DNA of 64,000 bases. Source: Synergistales bacterium. GTDB lineage: Bacteria; Synergistota; Synergistia; Synergistales; JAFGMB01. The position numbers and the translations under genes are program-made. This document shows, in pieces, positions 57,007-64,000 of this stretch. Positions within the stretch are counted from its first letter, which is position 1; each line of letters opens with the position of its first letter. Below the pieces are notes generated by a model. It was given only the letters and a program-made list of their open reading frames with translations, had not been told where the DNA came from and did not search any database. The stretch covers positions 1,568,001-1,632,000 of the forward strand of contig OY762654.1 in the NCBI GenBank assembly GCA_963666205.1, given 5' to 3'.

Positions 57007-57411
57007 ATGAAAAAAAGCAGGCTGTTATTTGGTTTCCTGTGGTTGATGGCTCTCATACTAATCGTATTGGTTTCGATCATAAAGGGTTTCAGAGAAATTC
57101 ATTTTTTATGCTTACTGGAAAACTGGATACCCTTTGCTGACAAGGCAGCACATCTTGTTACATATATGTTTATGGCTTTTACTGTTACACTTTTTTTCAA
57201 GGGTAGCATATTAATGATATATTCAGTACTGGGCCTATGCCTCCTGGGAATAGTTCTGGAGATAATCCAGTTGCACGTGGCAGGAAGAACCTTTTCCTTT
57301 CTGGACTTAGCAGCAAACATAATTGGAGTTATTATCGGGTTTTCCATGGCATGGCTTGTTATGTCTCTTTTTCAGGGAAAAACTTCCTCCGGAATGAAAA
57401 AGGGCTGTTAA
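57007..57411 (+). CDS. VanZ family membrane protein
   Basis: DK..H...Y, E..Q....GR.....D..AN..G. Confidence 0.85.
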   Translation: MKKSRLLFGFLWLMALILIVLVSIIKGFREIHFLCLLENWIPFADKAAHLVTYMFMAFTVTLFFKGSILMIYSVLGLCLLGIVLEIIQLHVAGRTFSFLDLAANIIGVIIGFSMAWLVMSLFQGKTSSGMKKGC

Positions 57412-57454
57412 TTCCGGAGGAATCAGATTCTGTTAAGGATCTTCTTCAGACGGC

Positions 57455-58984
57455 TCAAGAATCCTTCGTAATTATCTCCAAAGCCAGATCCATATCAACC
57501 TCTTCCCGCTTACCATCACCAAGCCACAGTTCGACCTTGCCCTCGGAAGCACCCCTTCCAACGACTATGGTAAAGGGCAGGTCCAGGATCTCTGCATCGG
57601 CAAACTTTACCCCACCCCGCATTTCCCTGTCATCCACCAGAACAGAAAGACCATTCTTCTCAAGGTCTTTCTCTATTTTTTGAGCCAGCTCTACTGCCTC
57701 GGCATTTTTCATGGACGGGATGGTTACAAGGGCATGGAAAGGAACTATTGAATCTGGCAGGGAGGTTTCCACTCTGAAGATTGCAGTCAGAAGGGATTCA
57801 GTCTGGACTGTCCCCTTCCAGAATGCCACCGGTGCTGGTTCATTGGACCCGTCCAGATAGGTGAGATCCTCTATCCTGCTCTTTGGACCAACCTTGAGAT
57901 AAAGGTCACAAAACTTTGTGAAATAGGTATCCTTCAATTCCCTTCCGCATTTGGGACATTTGTCTCCTGACTCAAGACTTGAAAGGTCTGCCATGGAATG
58001 GACACGAAAATCCCTTCCCCAGCAGGCACCTCTAAGATGAAAATCCTTTTTGTTTGCCCCGATAATTACATCTGAAGCTCCTTCAACACTTTTATCTGCA
58101 ACTATCAGTATATTTTCCGGCAGGCCTGCCGGGCCAAGAAAACCTTCCACATTCCCTATAGAATCAGCTATTTCCCGTGAAGTGGCAGGTCTGATATCTG
58201 GAACTCCAAGATGGGCAGCAAGTTTCGTTTCATTTACATTCCTGTCACCCCTGACAAGAACCGCAATAATTGAGCCTTCGTCAGGAGACGGGACAAATAG
58301 CATGGTCTTGACACACTTAAAGGGCTGTATATCCATAAAGCTGCAGAGATCTGCTATGGTCTTTATTCCCGGAGTGTGAACTTCTTTCATCTCCCCCGGA
58401 GAAGGGTTGGGATATTCAGTAAAAGGAATAAAGGATTCCGCCGTACCGCGCCAGCTGCAGTTGCTGTCCGAACAGGCAAGGCCCTTCTCTGAACGGTAAT
58501 AACCTTTGTCGGATCTTACTCCAAGGACATACCTCTGCCCACTTACGGAAACATCTTTCCACGAAAAAAGTTGTATCCCGAGACCTGTAACGAGAATCTC
58601 CATTTTTTCCCAGAAATTCTTTAATTCTTCCTCGGCAGTATAGAAGTCATGGGAATAACCTGCCAGCAATATTTCACTGTTTTTCTCTTCAAAAAGGATA
58701 AAAGGAAGATGACGGTAACTCTGGATAACTCCCCTTGCTATTGAAAGACCTCCATCATAAGCAAGGGAGGAACTGACTGGTTGAAATGACATGTTCATAA
58801 GTTTTTCCCTTAAAAAATCATGAAGTCTGCCCCTTATCATCACTCCCATCGGCAGGAGAGAAAGCCGGTTGCCATCACTTGAGAAAGAAGCATATCCCCT
58901 TCGAATCATGGACGTAAGGCCTGGATCTGTAACATGGGCAGGATTTTCCTTCATGGTAGGAAGAAGGAGAGAAGATATTTTCAT
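57455..58984 (-). CDS. Prolyl-tRNA synthetase paralog with degenerate catalytic domain and intact INS (YbaK-like) editing and anticodon-binding domains
   Basis: ProRS N-terminus (PT.KE.P, LP.G), INS (TPGIKTI, VKT, RGD..VNE.KL, GFLGP, GAN..D.H), anticodon domain (DDR...G.KFADA). Class II motifs 2 and 3 are not recognisable. Confidence 0.85.
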   Translation of the reverse strand: MKISSLLLPTMKENPAHVTDPGLTSMIRRGYASFSSDGNRLSLLPMGVMIRGRLHDFLREKLMNMSFQPVSSSLAYDGGLSIARGVIQSYRHLPFILFEEKNSEILLAGYSHDFYTAEEELKNFWEKMEILVTGLGIQLFSWKDVSVSGQRYVLGVRSDKGYYRSEKGLACSDSNCSWRGTAESFIPFTEYPNPSPGEMKEVHTPGIKTIADLCSFMDIQPFKCVKTMLFVPSPDEGSIIAVLVRGDRNVNETKLAAHLGVPDIRPATSREIADSIGNVEGFLGPAGLPENILIVADKSVEGASDVIIGANKKDFHLRGACWGRDFRVHSMADLSSLESGDKCPKCGRELKDTYFTKFCDLYLKVGPKSRIEDLTYLDGSNEPAPVAFWKGTVQTESLLTAIFRVETSLPDSIVPFHALVTIPSMKNAEAVELAQKIEKDLEKNGLSVLVDDREMRGGVKFADAEILDLPFTIVVGRGASEGKVELWLGDGKREEVDMDLALEIITKDS

Positions 58985-59203
58985 TTTGATCAACCTTTCA
59001 ATCTGGAATTACGCATAATAACGTGATTCAGAACAACTCAGACATAAACATTTTTATTATAGATCAGCGCAGAGAATAATCAGATCATATTTTAACTTAG
59101 TCAATAATGGTCAGTTATTACACACACTTTTTCGGTAGATTTACTTTAAATGTCATATAACAATCTCAAAAATTTCAGAATATATTTATGTTTCAGGGGT
59201 AAT

Positions 59204-59236
59204 AAAAAACAGGCCTATTTTCCAGGCCTGTTTTTT
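59204..59236. terminator. Bidirectional-type intrinsic terminator downstream of usp
   Basis: AAAAAACAGGCCT-ATTTTCC-AGGCCTGTTTTTT. Confidence 0.8.
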
Positions 59237-59369
59237 GTAAATCGGACAATAATTATTATGGAATCAGGATATTCTGATGTCTATGTGTTTCCGGACCTCA
59301 TATTCCCGGTCATTTTCTGAAGATTTAATGGCTTAAAATCCAAAATCAAGATTCAAAAATCCCCAATTG

Positions 59370-59831
59370 TTACAGTGGCATTTCCCCCGGCCTGTAAATA
59401 AGGACCGAACAGGAGGCATATCTGGCTATATTGGTAGTAGTGCTTCCTACGAACATCTGCTTTATGGGACTGTCGTCACGGTATCCTGCAATGATGAGGG
59501 AATATTTACCTTCTTTAGACTTTTTGATAACCTCATCGGCCGGGTTGCCCTCTTCAATAAAAAGCTGATGCTCATGTTCAGGTGCACCGGGATATTTTGT
59601 TTCGGCATCTTCAAGCCATTTCTTGACTGTAAATTTATAGGCTTTTATCGCATCCTTGAGCACATCTTCGGGGATCCAGTTTTTATATCCCTTCCAGGGT
59701 GTTGAGGGGTGCTCAAGAACATGAATAAAATCGAGTTGAAGATCCATTTCATGTGCTATCTTGTGGCTATAGGCCACAAGATCCTTTGAGAGGTCACTAA
59801 CACCAATGGCTACAAGCACTTTTCCAGGCAT
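59370..59831 (-). CDS. Universal stress protein
   Basis: KVLVA, HV, G.PA..I, GS....I...A.CSVL. Confidence 0.88.
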   Translation of the reverse strand: MPGKVLVAIGVSDLSKDLVAYSHKIAHEMDLQLDFIHVLEHPSTPWKGYKNWIPEDVLKDAIKAYKFTVKKWLEDAETKYPGAPEHEHQLFIEEGNPADEVIKKSKEGKYSLIIAGYRDDSPIKQMFVGSTTTNIARYASCSVLIYRPGEMPL

Positions 59832-60040
59832 TTATACTCCTCCTTAAATAAATTAATGAGAAAAATATTCCCGAACAAACTAAATCATTGATTAAATAGT
59901 ATACCAGTTCAGAAAGATTATTGTTATTGAGCGATCCCATTATGAAAAATTTCGATTGTCTGAAAGATCGGGACTTTTCACCATATTTTTCTACTGAAAA
60001 TTGTTATACAAGAATTTATTAATAAGATCTTTTCATGTAG

Positions 60041-60076
60041 TAATAAAGGGGGAGGCTATAGCCTCCCCCTTTATTA
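60041..60076. terminator. Perfect 36-bp palindrome/terminator after the hypothetical gene
   Basis: TAATAAAGGGGGAGGCTA|TAGCCTCCCCCTTTATTA. Confidence 0.75.
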
Positions 60077-60090
60077 TGTTTATAACACTA

Positions 60091-60873
60091 TTATGGTATG
60101 GGAAAGTAAATAACGTGGGATCCGTCATCTCTTTCTCGATCGATTACCCTGTAGATTCTGCCCCTGATCCTGTCCCATGCGTAATTACCCATATTCACGA
60201 TCTGACCTGAACCATTAAGAAAGGTGAAGTTCCTGCTTACTGCCCAGTTATTTCCAACATATCCTCTAACAGGTACAGCAAGAGGAAGCTTTCCCTTAAC
60301 TTCTGGCTCGGTCCAGTTTCCAATAACAGGATTCATTTCCTTATCCTTAAGCATATTGATTATCGAAAGATATTCAGCAGGAGCTGTTTTCATAAAGTGG
60401 TACCTTGACCTTGACGACCGGGAAAGGTCGTTTAAAAAATTTCTTGCAAGCCATGCTGAACCTTTCCTGTCCATCCGGACCAGCTCAAGGGATGCAACAT
60501 ATACCGCATCTATAGCTGCAAGAGGTTTTGGAATTATTCCCGGATACCAGAAACCTTCAACATCGTTCCATCTTCTTATATCCGAATCAGGATATAGCTC
60601 ATCGATCAATTTGATAGCGTTAGCAGCTCTTTTTTCTGGATCTATACTTTCATTCCAGAGAGTTCTCCATAGATCATAACCTGTCTTTTTATCAGCCTTG
60701 AGTTTCAGTTCCCTTAAAAGTTCCCCGGCATTTTTTTCCCAGTTTGAAGAATTAAGGTAACTTGAATAAAGCTCATCGAAAGATTTTTCAGAAGCATTTA
60801 TTCGCGGTACATAAAGAGAAAATAGAAGAGAAAATGCAAGGAAATAAAAGATTATTTTTTTTAAATACTTCAT
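60091..60873 (-). CDS. Hypothetical exported protein
   Basis: Signal peptide MKYLKKIIFYFLAFSLLFSL..INA. SD GAGGTG. Confidence 0.7.
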   Translation of the reverse strand: MKYLKKIIFYFLAFSLLFSLYVPRINASEKSFDELYSSYLNSSNWEKNAGELLRELKLKADKKTGYDLWRTLWNESIDPEKRAANAIKLIDELYPDSDIRRWNDVEGFWYPGIIPKPLAAIDAVYVASLELVRMDRKGSAWLARNFLNDLSRSSRSRYHFMKTAPAEYLSIINMLKDKEMNPVIGNWTEPEVKGKLPLAVPVRGYVGNNWAVSRNFTFLNGSGQIVNMGNYAWDRIRGRIYRVIDRERDDGSHVIYFPIP

Positions 60874-61062
60874 TTTTCTCACCTCACAATTTTTTTTTGC
60901 CATTAATGGATTATGGGACATAGATGAAAGTTTTAAAAGTTAGAAGATATAAACAATAATTATAATAATTATAACTTTTATTACCTATATGTAAAGAACA
61001 CTTATACCTGAATAAAACCGGTGGGGAAATAATATAACTGTTTAATTGGTAAAATAGATGAA

Positions 61063-61563
61063 TTAAGAGGGTTTTCTGCTGTTTTCGTCAGATCCGAACC
61101 TTTTTCTGTATGTAGCCTTCAGATTTGCAAGGGCCCTGGCAAGTTTTTCATCATCCAGCCTTTTTTCCATATATTCGAGTTCCCTTTTAACATCCTGAGG
61201 GGAAGGGTTTATTCTTATAGTATTCCGGGTCTGTTGAGATGAAGAGTTTTTTCTTTCCTGCCGTCCAACGTAAACCTTAACACCGGATATATCAAGGTCC
61301 CATATTGATTTTATCCTCTCTCTGACTGTACCAGCCCTCATTTTTACCTGCTGTGCAACAGAAGAGCTTGAAGCAATAACTACAAGATGATCTTCTTCCA
61401 GACCTGAAACACTGCTTTTTCCAGCAAGAAGGGGACCAACAACCTCGATCCAGTTCTGACTTATTTCAGAAATCTTCATTCTCTTTAACACCTTCGGATG
61501 AAGAGCACCTGTTATAAGTCCCGAAAGCTTCCTTGGTCTACTCCTGAACCTTTTCTTCGCCAT
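61063..61563 (-). CDS. DUF721 / DciA-like protein
   Basis: Basic N-terminus, W.EVVG..LA, L.V.A.SS..AQ, I.V.VG. Confidence 0.65.
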   Translation of the reverse strand: MAKKRFRSRPRKLSGLITGALHPKVLKRMKISEISQNWIEVVGPLLAGKSSVSGLEEDHLVVIASSSSVAQQVKMRAGTVRERIKSIWDLDISGVKVYVGRQERKNSSSQQTRNTIRINPSPQDVKRELEYMEKRLDDEKLARALANLKATYRKRFGSDENSRKPS

Positions 61564-63445
61564 TTTTTACCTTCTTCCTCTGTCTCTGGGCATGAAGAAC
61601 GACCGACAGCAATTGGAGGTCCGTTGGAGTAACTCCTGATATACGGCTTGCCTGCCCAAAGGTACCAGGTCTCACCTTTTCAAGCTTCTGGCGGCTTTCT
61701 GAAAGCAATCCCGGAACTGTTCCATAATCAAAATTCTCGGGTATCCTGACCGTTTCCATCTTACTTAGCCTTTTTACCTGCCTGTACTGTCTTTCGATAT
61801 ATCCTTTGTATTTTATCTCTATTGAAATACTGTTTATTTCTTCATCGCTTAAAGTCTGAAGAGGAGGGGAAAAATTAGAAATAAGCCCATAGTCAACTCG
61901 AGGTCTGCTCAAAAGTGTCGCGGCAGGCACAGACTCATCAAGGGGTGCTGATCCAACCTCAGCAAGCCTGTTGTTTAACTCTTCCGAAGATCTTATCCTG
62001 GCATTGTATAACCTTTCAATTTCATCATCGATTTTCTTCCATTTGGAAATCAGAAATTTCCATTTTTCATCATTCACAAGTCCCAGTCTTCTTCCTATCG
62101 GGCAAAGTCTCCTGTCAACATTGTCATGTCTGAGTAGCAATCGGTATTCACATCTGCTCGTTAGCATCCGATAAGGTTCTTTGGTACCCTTGGTCACAAG
62201 GTCATCTATAAGAACACCTATATATGCCTCTGACCTGTCAAGAACAACAGGCTCCTCTCCCTTCAGGTAAAGAACCGCATTTATGGCTGCCATAAGGCCC
62301 TGGGCCCCTGCTTCCTCGTAACCGGATGTTCCGTTTATCTGACCGGCACAGTAAAGTCCCCTTACCCTTTTGGTTTCGAGACTGGGTTTAAGCTGGGTGG
62401 GAGGCATAAAATCATACTCTATGGCATAACCTGGTCGAATTATCTTTGCATTCTGGCATCCTGGTAAGGAATGTGTCATTTCTACCTGTACATCAAAGGG
62501 AAGACTTGTAGAAAAATTCTGCATGTAAATTTCCTTACTGTTCCTTGCTACAGGTTCAAGAAAAACCAGATGGCTGGATTTATCGGGAAATCCCACGACC
62601 TTGGATTCTATGGACGGACAGTACCTTGGGCCAACTCCTTCTATTCTTCCCGAGTAAAGGGGCGAACGGTCGAGGTTGTTCATTATTATTTCGTGGGTCT
62701 GGGGATTGCTCCTGGTTATATAACATGCGATTCCTTCATGGACCTTTTTTTCTCCCCAGATGTCAAAACAGAGGGGTTCATCAGAGCTGTCCTGCCTCTG
62801 AAGGGAATCCCAGTCAACCGTGTCTGCATGGATACGAGGGGTAGTACCCGTCTTCATTCTCCCTACCTCAAAACCAGCTTCCCTCAGTGACCCTGTAAGT
62901 TCCGTTGCTGCCACCTGTCCCAGGGGTCCGGATGGAAATGATGTCATACCTATATGGACAGCCCCTCCAAGATAAGTTCCGGTGGTAAGGATAACTGCAG
63001 GCGCGTAAAACACAAGGCCAAGCCTTGTCTCCACACCTTTTATGCAGTTATTTTCTACAATGATCCCGGTAACTATATCCTGGAAAACATCTAGATTAGC
63101 AGTATTTTCGAGGGCGAGAATATAATGATCGTGATATTCATGAAGGTCACACTGGGCACGAAGAGCCTGAACGGCAGGACCCTTTGATGTATTAAGCCAT
63201 CGTATGTGCATGGTAGAAGCATCGGCTGCCCTTGCCTGTTCTCCTCCAAGGGCAGATATCTCCATTGTAAGGTTCGCCTTTGCCGGACTTCCAATGGAAG
63301 GATTACATGCCATGAGAGCCACATTGTCATGATAAAGGTTTATCATAAGAGTCCTGGAACCCATCCTTGCTGCCGCAAGAGATGCCTCGCATCCGGCATG
63401 TCCTCCGCCTACGACAATAACATCATAATCTGAACTTATATCCAT
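61538..63445 (-). CDS. mnmG: tRNA uridine-5-carboxymethylaminomethyl modification enzyme MnmG (GidA)
   Basis: GGGHAGCEA, CNPSIG, LN.SKGPAV, KTGT.PR, GPRYCPSIE, GQINGTSGYEEA, EPYRM.TSR.EYRL. Confidence 0.97.
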   Translation of the reverse strand: MDISSDYDVIVVGGGHAGCEASLAAARMGSRTLMINLYHDNVALMACNPSIGSPAKANLTMEISALGGEQARAADASTMHIRWLNTSKGPAVQALRAQCDLHEYHDHYILALENTANLDVFQDIVTGIIVENNCIKGVETRLGLVFYAPAVILTTGTYLGGAVHIGMTSFPSGPLGQVAATELTGSLREAGFEVGRMKTGTTPRIHADTVDWDSLQRQDSSDEPLCFDIWGEKKVHEGIACYITRSNPQTHEIIMNNLDRSPLYSGRIEGVGPRYCPSIESKVVGFPDKSSHLVFLEPVARNSKEIYMQNFSTSLPFDVQVEMTHSLPGCQNAKIIRPGYAIEYDFMPPTQLKPSLETKRVRGLYCAGQINGTSGYEEAGAQGLMAAINAVLYLKGEEPVVLDRSEAYIGVLIDDLVTKGTKEPYRMLTSRCEYRLLLRHDNVDRRLCPIGRRLGLVNDEKWKFLISKWKKIDDEIERLYNARIRSSEELNNRLAEVGSAPLDESVPAATLLSRPRVDYGLISNFSPPLQTLSDEEINSISIEIKYKGYIERQYRQVKRLSKMETVRIPENFDYGTVPGLLSESRQKLEKVRPGTFGQASRISGVTPTDLQLLSVVLHAQRQRKKVKNGEEKVQE

Positions 63446-63515
63446 GGTCCTCACCTTTTATCCCGGATTTGCATACTCTTATCCTGATCTGAATTATATA
63501 TCAACTGACCTTCGG

Positions 63516-64000
63516 CTAAATGACCTCGAACTCTATTATGCCCAATTTACCGTAATCTGCCCTGTAATTTCCCTTTTCGGCCAATACCATGGAACCCATA
63601 GCACCTGTCAGGAGAAAGTGACCCTTCCTGATGGTATATCCGTCTTCAATTATCCTGTTGACAAGCCAGAGTGAAGACTCCCACTGGTCATCTTTCCAGG
63701 TATTGCTCCCGACTCCGCTGTCTATTTTCCTACCTTCATGGTAAAGGCATACTTCTGCATTATTGATATCAAATTTATCTGAAGAAATCCTTATTCCTTC
63801 CAGAGAACCGGAAGCTATAACGTTACAGGCAATCAGGTCAACCACTTTATAATTATCAAGATCAGCAAAATTATGATCGGGAAATTCAATAGCAGGCATT
63901 ACCTCTGCTATTAGATCTTTCATTTCCTTCACGCTACTGACAGGACTGGAAATATCCGATCCTGGAACAAGTCCTATCTCGGTTTCAATTATCATCTGCC
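63516..64000 (-). CDS. 2-keto-4-pentenoate hydratase / FAH-family protein (partial, runs off right edge)
   Basis: E.EIG, PAIE.PD, N, G.G, WL.N, G...LTGA. Confidence 0.8.
   Translation of the reverse strand, partial: QMIIETEIGLVPGSDISSPVSSVKEMKDLIAEVMPAIEFPDHNFADLDNYKVVDLIACNVIASGSLEGIRISSDKFDINNAEVCLYHEGRKIDSGVGSNTWKDDQWESSLWLVNRIIEDGYTIRKGHFLLTGAMGSMVLAEKGNYRADYGKLGIIEFEVI

Noticed and set aside
57455-58984. proS pseudogene
   Set aside because: The ORF is uninterrupted and the editing and anticodon motifs are well kept, which argues for selection.
1-64000. CRISPR arrays, tRNA/rRNA genes, IS/transposases, prophage, parS sites
   Set aside because: No repeat-spacer array, RNA-gene signature, transposase/integrase ORF or TGTTTCACGTGAAACA match was seen by eye.

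Overview
A 64-kb chromosomal segment from an anaerobic, probably amino-acid-fermenting diderm bacterium. The gene content suggests Synergistota, but this is inference only. About 60 CDSs, most on the minus strand. I saw no rRNA, tRNA, CRISPR array or transposase. Left to right: (1) the start of a surface-polysaccharide locus (ATP-grasp, deacetylase), then a macrodomain protein, an OadA/PycB-like carboxyltransferase, an Asp/Glu racemase and an MBL hydrolase; (2) a 16-kb GntR-linked catabolic cluster (VOC, TctBAC, 2-oxoacid:ferredoxin oxidoreductase, SucCD-like ligase, atypical LeuA-family enzyme, TRAP-TAXI, aminotransferase, dehydratase) with a shared 24-bp operator at two promoters; (3) a panB-ilvE-livKHMGF operon preceded by an unannotated valine-rich leader peptide with antiterminator/terminator structure; (4) three tandem panE paralogs, tag, a degenerate AlbA_2/Schlafen ATPase and a DnaA-box cluster; (5) HD-GYP, PrsA and AKR genes; (6) a YjbH/Wza/Wzz/Wzy/Wzx polysaccharide locus with a partial CDP-3,6-dideoxyhexose pathway; (7) a ProRS paralog lacking synthetase motifs but keeping its editing and anticodon-binding domains, then USP, DciA-like and mnmG. 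The top leads are the Val attenuator on panB-ilvE-liv, the pseudo-ProRS, and the possible CoA-ligase/retro-Claisen catabolic pathway. Product calls come from motif recognition by eye, not database searches. Starts were adjusted to Shine-Dalgarno (SD) sites where visible.
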